NCBI GenBank assembly: GCA_964016885.1
Contig: OZ024746.1
Location: forward strand, 25,482,001-25,546,000
Source of the DNA: Eledone cirrhosa
Lineage: Eukaryota
Direction: 5' to 3'
Length of the DNA stretch: 64,000 bases
Shown: positions 14,235 to 28,202 of the stretch, piece after piece
Layout of the letters: each line of letters starts with the position of its first letter
Numbering within the stretch: position 1 is the first letter of the stretch
Made by a program: the position numbers and the translations under genes
The notes under the pieces: model-generated
Told to the model about the DNA's origin: nothing
Databases searched by the model: none
The model's input: only the letters and a program-made list of their open reading frames with translations

Positions 14235-14785
14235 TTTATCAATCCCTTTTTTTTCAAACTAAGTTACTGGACATAAACAGACAGACATAAACACAGTGAC
14301 ACACAGTTTTCTACCTACCAAATTCCACTCACATGGCATTGATCAACTCAAGACTATATAGTAGAAGACACTTTCCCAAGGTACTACGATAAAATGTATC
14401 CAGTATACCCTGTAAGGTGTTAGTGCTGATGCTATGATAATATGCACCCAGCACACTCTGTTAAGTAGCAATGCTGATGCCATGATAAAATGCACCTAGT
14501 ACACGCTGTAAAATGCTAGTGCCACTTTACAGAGTTTAGGTGAAAAGCCTCTTTTCAGAATGTACTGGGTGTATTTTATCATGGCATTAGCACTAACACC
14601 TTACAGAGTGTATTGGATTAATTTTATTGTGGTACCTTGGAAAAGTGTCTTCTACTATATAGTCTTGAGTTGATCAATGTGAGTGGAATTTGGTAGGCAG
14701 AAAACTACGCGCGCGCGCGTGCGTGCGTGTGCATGTGCGCGCATTTATATCTTATAACTTAGTTTGAAAAAAAATGGAGTTGATA
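14235..14785. repeat. Long imperfect inverted repeat (~225-bp arms, ~95-bp spacer) in ACADS intron 1
   Basis: attgatcaactcaagactatatagtagaagacactttcccaaggtac pairs with gtaccttggaaaagtgtcttctactatatagtcttgagttgatcaat; similarity extends both ways. Confidence 0.85.
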
Positions 14786-15108
14786 TGATCAAATATATTC
14801 CTCCGAGATGGTGCCCCAGCATGGCCATTGTCTAATGGCTGAAACTAGTAAAAGAATACATAAACACATGCATGCTCACACAAATCCATATACACATTAA
14901 TACAGTTGTGAGAGGAGTTTGATCTTGATAAGGTGTTAGTGTCCTAGATGTTGAACCTGATATTTAAGTAGCAAAGTCCTGATAACAACCACTGACATTA
15001 AAATGTATATAGTTCACATATCTGTGTAAATGGGCATGCTAAATAATGCTAGCTTTTCAAGGACATTTTAAACTATCTAGCTAACAGCCTCATTACAAAT
15101 TTTCCTCT

Positions 15109-15450
15109 GTGAAGGCATGTGGCTTGGTGGTTAGGGTGTTCAGCTCATGATCATAAGGTTATGAATTTGATTCTCAGTATTGTCTTGTGGCCTTTAGCAA
15201 GACACAAACTTTTCATGTTGTTCCAGTTCACTCAACTGAATAAAATTGAATTGTATCTGTAATTCAAAGAGCAAACCTTGTGACACATTGTGTCATACTG
15301 AATCTCCCTGAGAACTACATTAAGATTTTTTATGGTACATAAGTCTGTGAATAACTCAAGTCATAACTTATGCAGGTTAATTTCCTGAGCAGGCTATATC
15401 ATTGATCAACTAGAACACTCATTGTCGGAAATGACAAAGGTCTAACACAC
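15109..15450 (+). mobile_element. Older tRNA-derived SINE (family B); related copies at ~5415-5675(-), 15523-15740, 29190-29492(-), 50205-50530, 50657-50910
   Basis: Head gtgaaggcatgtggcttggtggttagggtg and central gagcaagacac motif recur across copies. Confidence 0.7.
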
Positions 15451-16806
15451 ACACCATATTGGTCAAGAAGAGAGCAGACTCAACAACAACAAATTCTCTT
15501 CTATACACTAAACTAAGTATATGTGAAGGTGTATGGCATAAAGGTTAGGGTATTGGGCTTATGATCGTATTATAGGTTTGATTCCTGGACTGGGTGGTGC
15601 TTTGTGTTCTTTATTGCTCCAGTTAACTCAGCTGAAAATTAGTACCTGTAGCAGCTGGAGGTTACCCCAGTCATTTAATGCCAGTTAAACTGGGGATAAG
15701 CTCTGATCTATTGAGCCTCTGAGCTTGAAATGGACTGACCTTTACTTACTAGACTCAGCACAGCATGGATATTAAAAGATTTAGCTAGAGTATAAACTAT
15801 GTTTAAATCTCACCTACTTGTAAGCTAAGCAGCATTTTTATGTAGCTATAAACTGTAAAGTGGTAGATAAAGCCTCAAGAATCGAGAGGGCTGATGCTGA
15901 AGACCAAGCCACAAGCATGCAATATGACCTGACTCATCTAAGTGTCCCTCACTTCCACTAGCACTCTCCAGCAGCTATCCCAGTACCACTCATTAGCTAC
16001 TCCTCCTTCTAAAGCCCTTATATATTCTCATTATCACACTCTTGTAGCTACTTACTCTACCTGCAGTGCACCCTTTCTACAACCATCACTACACCCACAC
16101 ATACTATTGAACACACCATCCCCTCTCCCCATACACTATCAGTGACCCCATTCTCCTACCAAATCACCATATACACCTATAACTTCATACCTAATTCCCT
16201 CCCCTATAAACCCTCCATCCAGAGCAGAGAGGGCACTTCAGTTGGGAATATGACCAACAGCCTCTCCAGTGACAATGCTATAAAAATGCCCCTGGTACAC
16301 TCTGTAAAGTGGTTGGTGATAGGAAGGGCATCTAACCATAGAAAGCTTGCCATAGGGTTGGGCGGACCCTCCAGTTGTGTGAAGGACATGACAACTTTCC
16401 TGGTGTTGATCTACACAATAAACACACCTAGCACATGCTGTCAATTGGTAGGTGTTAGGAAGGGTCATAGAAAGCTTGCCAAATAAAAATTTGGGAGGAC
16501 CCTCTAGTTGTGTCAAAGACATGATAATCTGACCTAATGCTGGTGCTGCAATAAAATTCACTTGGTGGTATGTGGAACCGTATTTAAGTGAGATGTGAAC
16601 CCCCAGCTTGACTGGAAAGTCAGTAGCTCCACTTCAGTACAAACTTGGTTTGTGAAGACCTGTCCAACCTTTGCTAGCAAAAGGAAAGTGGAGGTATGAT
16701 GATATATATATATATATATATATATATAACGAAGGAAATGTGCTAAGGAACCAGGTGGACCATAATTCACCAGAGTACTCGATACTTAGGGTAGTAGAAT
16801 GGGTAA

Positions 16807-16905
16807 TAGGAAAAGAGTTAGGACCCCGACGGCTGAGCTCCGGCCATTTCGATTTGGCTGTGAAACGGCCGGAGCTCAGCTGTCGGGGTCCTGACTCTTT
16901 TCCTA
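16807..16905. repeat. GC-rich near-perfect palindrome (~44-bp arms), probable MITE
   Basis: taggaaaagagttaggaccccgacggctgagctccggccatttc / gaaacggccggagctcagctgtcggggtcctgactcttttccta. Confidence 0.85.
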
Positions 16906-19021
16906 TATATATATATATGAGAGAGAGATATGTGAATATGCATATGTAGATATTTGTGTGTGAATATGTGAGTGCTGCAAATACATTGATTGATCGGTTA
17001 ATATTAAAATAGACCAAGACTTTATATAACTTTAAATGTCAATAAACTATCGTTTCTTAACCTTTTTAATACCAAATCGCCCGAAACCGTGTTAGTTCTA
17101 TGATACTAAGCTCTTTATTTTAAAGTGTTTATATTTATCTAAAAAAATTTAAAAAAAACTTCCATCATAATTTAACGTAAGAACATTTGCTGAGTTACGT
17201 TTCAAACGTAAACTTGATAATGGTTTCTAATTCAGACACAAGGCCATCACTTTGAAAAGTGTGAGGGGTAAATCACTTACTGTGCTTGTAATTCACCGAA
17301 GGGTGAAAGGCAAAGCTGACTTCGTAGGGATTAGAAATAGGAAATTAATGAGCTGTAACAAAATACCATAAGACAGTTTGTTCAACGTTCTAATGATTCT
17401 GCAAATCTCTCGGCTTAATAATGGATGGAGAAGTTAGATTACTAAATATTTCCAAATTCTTGATTATTTTTAGAATTATTTGAAAACCACAGATAGTGTC
17501 GTTTATTTGAAGTATGGTAACGGAGGGGTTAATTTAAAACTGACCACGTCTTTAGGAATTGAGAGAGAGAGAGAGAGAGAGAGAGGGGTGAAATGTTTAC
17601 ATAATTAAAACTACCACAAGGTCGGAATCTGCACAAACAAGAACAAAATAAGATATATATAACTGTTACATAAACTTTATGAGTATATGCCGTGTTTGGG
17701 TGTCTTGACTTCGATAATACTCTAATAGAATGTTAAGTTCAAATATTATTATAACAAGGCACTGGGTAAATGCTGGCCTTGTGCCAAAATGTAGAAACAA
17801 TTATTATAACAATATAGCTATAATTTGGGGTTTTTGTTCGGTGGGGGAGGGGTGTCCCTATATCAACCATTAATGATTAGTGACGAAAGAAATTATATAA
17901 AAAAACAACTAAACTTTGGGGTTTATAAATAACTTGATAAACCCGGAGGATCCCAAGGAAACACTTGCTTGGATGCAAAGAAGAAAATAAATTAAAAGAA
18001 AAAACACGAAACAACTGAATTATTTTTGTATTTACATGGACGAAGATAATTTATGAATCAGAGAGAGCACTTCATGGTAACCGGTCCTGCTAGACATAAC
18101 ATCTAAATCTCCCGCGAATCACACTTTATCGTCTTAAATAAGAAATAGATATAAGAGATAATGTAGTTCTACATATTCATAGATGGCACGATCACGGCTG
18201 GAACGCCTTTATGTGATAGTTGCTAATTAACATTTAGCAACTATCACACTTTCATTATAGGTGTGCTCAATCAGGGTTGACCTAAGGCAAAACATCTACA
18301 ACAAAAATTAAAGCTGTTGTTAAACTGATGACACTAGAGTATGTTATAAAGTTGTAAACATTAGCCTAAACACAACCGCGTACCGATTATTAACCCTTTA
18401 GTTACCTTATTACTAATTAAAGACACTGCCTAAATTTTTGAAATAATTTTGAAAATAATCAAGAATTTGAAGGTATTTAGTGAAATGAGCAACTTCCTCG
18501 TGATTAAACTAATACTTGGAACGTAACTTAAAGATTCTTACATAAAGGTATGATGGAAGGGTTTGTTTTCTCTAGTTAAATGATTTTCACAGGACTTGGT
18601 GTGGTATTAAAATAAATATATGTTTGTAAAATATTTTAATGCTGGAATAGAAATCTTGTAAATTAAAATCACAGTGGAACTGTCAGTGACCAAGTCGCAA
18701 ACAGTGCGACGAATATTTTGACACGAAGAAATAAATGATGTATATAAAATAAAGTTAATTAGTTTGTGTGTGTGTTTTTTTAAATGGCAAAGATGGTTCT
18801 TATACATTGTAATTGTTTTAGTTTCAACACACGATCTCTGATCAAGTCACTTGCCAAACAAGTACAACTCCGAAATATAAATGTTTTGTTTTGATTAAAA
18901 ATGCTGATGTTAACATGTTTGAGAGAGAAAGAAAGAGGGGGAGGAGCTAAAGAAATATATTAATACATGAGTTTTCAAACATGGTGTTATAAACTACATA
19001 TAAAAGAGAAATAAATCTTAC

Positions 19022-19067
19022 TGTTATAAGTCTTATGGACATATCTTAGAAGACAGTTAGTTGCCAT
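19022..19067 (-). CDS. ACADS: ACADS-like coding exon 1 (MATNCLLRYVHKTYN-R), start of mitochondrial presequence
   Basis: ATG at 19067; 46 nt then donor A|gtaaga; phase 1 joins in frame to the exon starting at 12492. Not in the ORF track. Confidence 0.75.
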
Positions 19068-19249
19068 TGTTAGATAATAAATCACCAGTAAACTAATGTG
19101 GTGAACCTGATCACTGGAAGGTGCAGGCGTCTCCTATTGTAGCAGAACAGTGATCACGACTTCGATAAGTCGGTGTTCTTCTACTAACTGACACCTGTTA
19201 TTTTATTACCTCCTCTTAACAACATTGTTCTGTTTCGTTATTATTATTT

Positions 19250-19437
19250 TTGGATTGGCAGTATCGGTAGAGGGTCGGGCGCCATGCTTTGAAGCATAGA
19301 GTTACCTCCCTTTATGATCTGAGTTCAAATCCCGCCGAGGTTAACTTTGCCTTTCATCCTTACGGGGTCGATAAAATAAAGTACCAGTAATGCACTGATT
19401 TAATTGCTGGCCTGGTGCCAAAAGTAGAAACAATTAT
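19250..19437 (+). mobile_element. SINE family A, ~180 bp upstream of the ACADS ATG
   Basis: Same consensus. Confidence 0.88.
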
Positions 19438-19524
19438 TGTTTTTTCTTCTTTACATTCATTCCTTACCTATATGTCTATGGCTACATCTCTCTCTCTCTC
19501 TCTCTTATATATATATATATATAC

Positions 19525-19735
19525 ACAGGGTATCTCATAAGTCATTATCTATTTTACGATCTGAGTTCAAATCCCGCCGAGGTTGACTTTGCCTTTCATC
19601 CTTACGGGGTCGATAAAATAAAGTACCAGTAATGCACTGGGTAATTGCTGGCCTTGTGCCTAAAGTAGAAACAATTATCTATTTTGAATAGTAGTAAGTA
19701 CACCAAAACAGATAGTAACTTTTGAGACACCATGT
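19525..19735. mobile_element. Tc1/mariner-like MITE containing a 5'-truncated family A SINE (19553-19678)
   Basis: Imperfect TIRs cagggtatctcataagt / acttttgagacaccatg; SINE TSD attatctatttt. Confidence 0.7.
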
Positions 19736-21032
19736 ATGTTATATATGAGAAGCTACTAGTTAAGACTAGTATGTTCAGCTTAGTACTCGATACTTAAGAA
19801 AGTAGAGTGTAGGTATTATAATGATTTTCTGCCATACGGCTGAGCTCTTACCGTGACACAGTGTATGACATGGCTGGCCCTCCGAATTACAGGCATTTTT
19901 TTCCAGCTGTGAGACCTATATATATTTTTCAGTCCATGGCCCGCTAGTTCGAGTATGCTTAGCCGCGAATTTTTGACATAGTTGGCGGATCGTCTTATTT
20001 TAGTATCAGGCAATGCTTGTGGGATGCTTGGCTATTCCGGTGCATCGGGCCCGCAATCACCTGCAATAATGCCGTGTTTTGAGTGGCCTCAAACATTTTA
20101 AGAACGCGCCACCATTTCCTATTGTAGTGTGTAATTGAGTCAGCATCTGTCTTTTTTTTTTTCGTTCTTGCTCATTTTTATTGATTTGTTTATTTTATAA
20201 ATCTTATTCATTTTAGAATTGATAATTATCCTATTAAACAAATAATCTCGCTTTTAAAGAATTTACCCAATGAAATACTGGGGTCAATTCAACAGACTTT
20301 GTCCTCCTCTTAAAATCTGTGGGCTTCTGTCAAATGATGGAAATTAATTAAGATATTTCTTCAATTAATAAGAAACTAGAAGGTCACTAAGGGAGATAAC
20401 TCTCCAATCATTTATACCGATCCTGATGTCTACAATATCCAAGGTTACTATCGGCTTGTCTATTGTATTTACAACTTCAATTATTGCTTACGTACATTTT
20501 TCACAAATTATAGATAGAAAGGTAAAATATATTCTTATATTTTCATGTCTTGACATTTCTATATTTTGGGTCGGTTACTAACCCATGGTGAAAAATAGAC
20601 TAAAATTGTACTAAATATAATGTTTAGAATGACCCTTGTTAAGTTCGATAAGCAAATTATTAATATTCCTTCTATTATAATCAATATTAGTATTGTTCCA
20701 AGGACATATCAAATAGGTTATGTCAATTAAATTGTATCTACGAAACTTATATGGTGCTCTTACTACGGTAGAAATATTGTATTCATAGCTCCGGACCCAA
20801 GCCAAGCCTTGTGAGTGAAATTGGATAGATGGTTAGAGGAACTGTACCTGTAATTAAAAAAAGCTAACCTTGTCACGCCGAATCATTCTGGGAATTACGA
20901 TAACGGTACACATGTATGTAGAATGGTCAGCCACTAGCCCGTTAAATTTCATGAGCCGGCTGTTCCGTTGATTGAATTATCTGAAACAATCGTCGTCGTA
21001 AGCGATGGATATCCAGCACACACATTTATAGT

Positions 21033-21092
<60 letters not shown>

Positions 21093-21094
<2 letters not shown>

Positions 21095-21203
21095 CACCTT
21101 TGCTAGACAGCAGTGTTGTGGAAAACATAAAGCAGTGGAGAGTTGTAGATGTCACATGATTTGGCATGGTATTTCCACAACACTGCTATCTAGCAAAAGT
21201 GTT
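21093..21203. repeat. Small foldback element with 32-bp inverted arms, inside (TA)n
   Basis: aacacctttgctagacagcagtgttgtggaaa / tttccacaacactgctatctagcaaaagtgtt. Confidence 0.8.
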
Positions 21204-21207
21204 TATA

Positions 21208-21860
21208 TATCATCATCATCATCGTTTAACGTCCATATTCCACGCTTGCATGGGTTTGGACGGGGGTTTTCCCACTTGAGGCAAGATTGGTTGTCTTGCT
21301 CGCATAGGACTGTCTGGCGGGTTTTCTACGGCTGGATGCCCTTCCTAACACCAACCACATTTACAGTGTGGAACTGGGAGATTTTTACCGTGTTGCCTAC
21401 ACGGCCACATTACAGCGTGGACTGTGTGTTTTTTTGTCGTGACACCTACACGACCTCATTTGTTTCGGGCTGGATGTTGTGACACCAACATAACTTTACA
21501 TTGAAGGGGTGGTGTGGATGGGGTGGGGTAGTGGGACGGGGTGTATTTTGTTAGAGGTGCCTACTGACTGTAGTAGGTTTCACTTTGTACTTAGGTAAGG
21601 CGGGTCTTCTCTATTACTGTGTAGCGCCAAAGATCTCGGTCCAGTGACATTGCCTTGGAGAGGTGTAAGTGTGTGAGGTCGGAATTTATCAAGTCGTCCC
21701 AGGTTTTTCTGGGTCTGCCTACTCCGTGGCTACCGCCTATTTTTATTGCCCTGCACTTTTTTATACAGCTGTCGTCTTTCATGCGCATCAGGTGACCATA
21801 CCAACGTAGTCTTCTCTCGAGTAAACAACATCTGATCCCTCTTATTTCTAATTTCTCCCT
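21208..21860 (-). mobile_element. RTE LINE 3' fragment (young family)
   Basis: MRMKDDSCIKKC...GRPRKTW plus the shared 3'UTR and (GAT)n tail. Confidence 0.87.
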
Positions 21861-21882
21861 TAGTACGTTTATGCTTTATATA

Positions 21883-23895
<2,013 letters not shown>

Positions 23896-24895
23896 CACAG
23901 AGAAAGAGAGAGAGAGAGAGTAAAACCAAGAGTTTATTTTTTTTCTGATTTCAGAAAATGAAGGAAGGCATATTGAGAGATATGAATAGGGAACAAAGAA
24001 AAATTATAAATTTGAAAATGATGCAGACACAGGCTGACCTGAAGAAAGCATATGAAAGGGATGCAGAGAATTCAAAGAGCTGAATAAATCATTAACATTG
24101 GCAAAACACTACAATTATTGGGGGTGGGGAGATTAACCCAGTATGTGACTGGTATTTATTGACTCTGGAAGAACTCAGAGTGTAAAGAGACATAGCTAAA
24201 TAGCCCAAGGTATTTCTACTTTTTACTGTTTGGTATATATATACATACACCAAATTCATGTTCACATTATAGCTATGTTGTAAGAAAATGAATAAATCAA
24301 CTTATATATTCACTCTTTTATAAATAATGAGTTCTTCCTCCTCAATGGACTACTAAGATCACTAGATCAAAACACAAACATATATATATATATATATACA
24401 CCCACACACATATTATAATAGATGGACTTTAAGAATGCAGTCATCAGTCATCTCTAAAATTTGTTTTAGTTAAATAAAATGTTGAGAATTATTGTTTTAA
24501 AATTATTATATTTTCTCTTAAAATGTCTTAATATATATCTTTGAATTTTAAACAAATGAATATATATATATTTTTTGGGGGAAACTCTGCTTCGTAGAAT
24601 CGAGACGTATCTGAGGACCTTGCGATTTCAGAGTCAGGTTCGATCATTACATCGATCGTGCCTCGAGCTGGTCGCCAGAGAAACGATTGTAATATGTCTA
24701 ATAAATTTTATTCGTCGCAACACTGATTCTCTGTTTCTTATGTGATATATATATAACACATGCAACACCCACGTTTTACCAATAAAATACAATAAAACAA
24801 CCATAGACATTCTGGTAAAGAGGTGAGACTTCTTCAAGCCATAGTTGTCATCAACATCTGGTTTCTGTTATTTATGGTAATAATATGTTACCTTA

Positions 24896-25765
24896 TCTAT
24901 ATATATAAAACTGTGGTTGTCTGTCTGTCTATCGATTTTTGGCACACATCTCCTCTTAGAATCTCTCACGGAATTGCACCGAAATTGCTATACTTGTACA
25001 TTGAGCCCTAGCGAAGACATGGAAAAAAAAAAATTTCAAATTGACCCACCCTATGTGACGAAATCGAATATAATGTATCGATTTTTGAGCGTAAGTGATC
25101 AGTTATTTCCCTTTGTTCTGTTTACATTGAGCGTCTTACGTAAAAAATTACGCTGGTTTTCTCAGCGTTTAAAATGACATTAACACAATACACGAACATT
25201 CGAACACTAAGCTTCCGTTTTGCTTCATTTCCATTTAAAAGCATTTTAAAACAATATTTTTACTTGAAAACAAGTCTATTTAAAGACTACGTAAAACAAG
25301 CAAATATTTCGTCGTTAGGCGTGCAGACAGACAGTCGTGCAGACAGACAGTCGTGCAGAGAGGTGATATAGGCGTGCAGACAGACAGTCGTGCAGAGAGG
25401 TGATATAGGCGTGCAGACAGACAGTCGTGCAGAGAGGTGATATAGGCGTGCAGACAGACATAACTGATAATTTGGTTACGCTAATGTTTTTCTCTGCGTT
25501 GCAGTGTTTACATTTTCGATCTTTGTTAATAAATAACCAGTGCAGTTTTTATCCCCAGCATCCTCTTTTGTTATAACATTCGGGTTATCATTATGTTTTC
25601 TTAACTTCATAAGGCATATTGTTGGTTGAGGGAATATTAATCAAAAACACCACATGCAAGTCTGCACAGTAGACACTACAGTTTTTAAGCCAAAAGAGAA
25701 ACTTAACGTTGTAACTTTAACACAGCTACTGAGCGACCCCGAGCAACGCCGGGCTTTACTGCTAG
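24896..25765 (+). mobile_element. Non-autonomous Helitron, complete ends, internal 37-bp tandem repeat (25317-25460)
   Basis: A|TCTATATATATAAAA...ccccgagcaacgccggg hairpin...CTAG|T; no TSD. Confidence 0.85.
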
Positions 25766-26342
25766 TTTTTAATAAAAGACACTGCCTATGAATTTGAAAT
25801 CACTTTAAAAATAATCAAGAATTTGGAGAGATTTAGTAATATGTCTATTCTTTTCATTATTAAGCTTTCACTTGGGGCATAATATAACAAAGATTCCTGC
25901 ATAAAATTATGATGGAAGGTTTTTAGATAAATTTCAAAATTTTAACGCTTTTTTTATTATATTCTAATGAAAAACACTGCCTATGATTTTCAAATTATTT
26001 TGAAAATAATCAAGAATATGGAGTGTTTTAGTAATATAACTAACTTTTTTTTATTATTAAGCTTGTTTGGAATATAAATTCTAGCTTGTGGTGTTCAAAA
26101 CATATAGAGGAGCTGGGCTGCTGACAAATTTCTTATCATTGCCAGCTCACTTTACCAATGTATCAGGTGATGCCCGTGAGGTGCTCAATTATTTCAGTGC
26201 CTTAGCCTCACTATCACCCATGGTAACGCTGCCAGTGTTTGGCTTTTTTCAAAAGGTATTAGAGGGAGGCTGCCAAATCTACTTCCGTTAGTATTTATTC
26301 ACTTAGCTAATTCAGAAGCAATGTAGTATTTCATTTGATATA

Positions 26343-27345
26343 TCATTATCTATAAAAGGCAGATTGTTGTTGTTGTGTGTGTGTGAGCATGTTCCATGTT
26401 TATACATTTGCACAATTTCAAACCGATTCGACTCAAAGTCTGTAAGATGTTGTAAATGGTCTAACTTAGGTCAACGGCTATTTATTTCATTCAAACTCAC
26501 CCACAATTATGGAAATAATCGATAAAACTAAATACATGACGCTTTACCCCTCTAATACAATCAGATTACCTCTCTCTACTCCCCTTAAAATTCGATAAAA
26601 CTACATACATGCTGCAACTTTCTCTTATATACGATTTAACTTACAAACTTTGAGAGAGAGAGAGAGAACGTTTGTTTTTGAGTGTGGAACGGTCAAACAT
26701 TTATTTACTTCAATGACAAAGAGAACTTATTACATTTCATACGAAACAATTATTCAAAAGCAACAGATAAATTTATTCAACAACAAAAAAAATAGCGATA
26801 AATCTTTTTTAAAACATCTATCAACGAACGTGGAAGAAAGAAGTATCAGTTCATTTACTATACACAATAATATCCTCTATGAGGTCACTAAACCTGCTAG
26901 AAACAGCAGCTAACTCTCCCCCATATCACACCACTCCCTACTGTCTTAAATTTAGAAAACATATCCTCTATGAGGTCACTAAACCTGCTAGAAACAGCAG
27001 CTAACTCTCCCCCATTCACACCCCTCCCTACTGTCTTAAATTTAGAAAACACACATTAGACAACCATGCAGGATAACTCCATCGCAGCTCTGTTGTTCGG
27101 CTGGCATCGTCTACGTGCGTGTTGCGCAAGTACTGTGAAACAATAAATTTCAACACTTCTTTGCACAGAGATAATATCCATAGGCGAAACTACAATTGTC
27201 ACTGTTGACGCTGCTCCTGCTTCGGCAGTCCAGGTCTGCAATTCATTCACCCAGTGCCTGGCAGACAAAAAAGTGCTGCCATAAAATGGGTGGTGCAACC
27301 TAACTTTGGTAACTTACTGACCCCGAGCAACACCGGGCTTTAATG
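26343..27345 (+). mobile_element. Non-autonomous Helitron (terminal CTAG missing), two 91-bp repeats
   Basis: A|TCATTATCTATAAAAG start; 3' half is the reverse complement of 56880-57630. Confidence 0.8.
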
Positions 27346-27389
27346 TAACATAAAATGATGGAAGGTTTTTTTAGATAAATATAAATACT

Positions 27390-27600
27390 TTAACCCTTTA
27401 GCATTTACATTACTCTATATATACTATTGTATTTTCATGGTAAAGGCTTTTTCATAATAGCGAATCTATGAGATTTTGATATCATTTATTTTGAGAACAA
27501 CACCTTAATATCAGTATGAGTGGCCAGTTACAGCCACTTTGAACAGAAAGAGTTGAGAGAATTCTGGCCGGATACAGCCAGTTTAAATGCTAAAGGGTTA
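27390..27600. mobile_element. piggyBac-like MITE, followed by a second, interrupted tandem copy to ~28352
   Basis: ttaaCCCTTTAGCATTT ... AAATGCTAAAGGGtta terminal inverted repeats. Confidence 0.75.
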
Positions 27601-27671
27601 GCCCTTTAACATTTACATTATTCTATATATACCATTGTATTTTCATGGTAAAGACTTTACCTTACATAATT

Positions 27672-28202
27672 CATCATCATCATCATCGTTTAACGTCCAT
27701 ATTCCACGCTTGCATGGGTTTGGACGGGAGTTTTCCCACTTGAGGCAAGAGTAGTTGTCTTGCTCGCATAGGACTGTCTGGCGGGTTTTCTACGGCTGGA
27801 TGCCCTTCCTAACACCAACCACATTTACAGTGTGGGACTGGGAGGTTTTTACCGTGTTACCTACACGGCCACATTACAGCGTGGACTGTGTGTTTTTTTG
27901 TCGTGACACCTACACGACCTCATTTGTTTCGGGCTGGATGTTGTGGTACCAACATAACTTTACATTGAAAGGGGTGGTGTGGATGGGTGGGGGTAGTGGG
28001 ACGGGGGTGTATTTTGTTAGAGGTGCCTACTGACTGTAGTAGGTTTCACTTTGCACTTAGGTAAGGCGGGTCTTCTCTATTACTGTGTAGTGCCAAAGAT
28101 CTCGGTCCAGTGACATTGTCTTGGAGAGGTGTAAGTGTGTGAGGTCGGAATTTATCAAGTCGTCCCAGGTTTTTCTGGGTCTGCCTACTCCGTGGCTACC
28201 GT
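27672..28202 (-). mobile_element. RTE LINE 3' fragment inserted in a piggyBac-like MITE
   Basis: Near-identical to 21208-21735; flanks 27601-27670 and 28210-28352 join to rebuild the MITE at 27390-27600. Confidence 0.87.

Noticed and set aside
24588-24722. Solo LTR (TG...CA, AATAAA, CpG-rich)
   Set aside because: No TSD or second copy found; insufficient support
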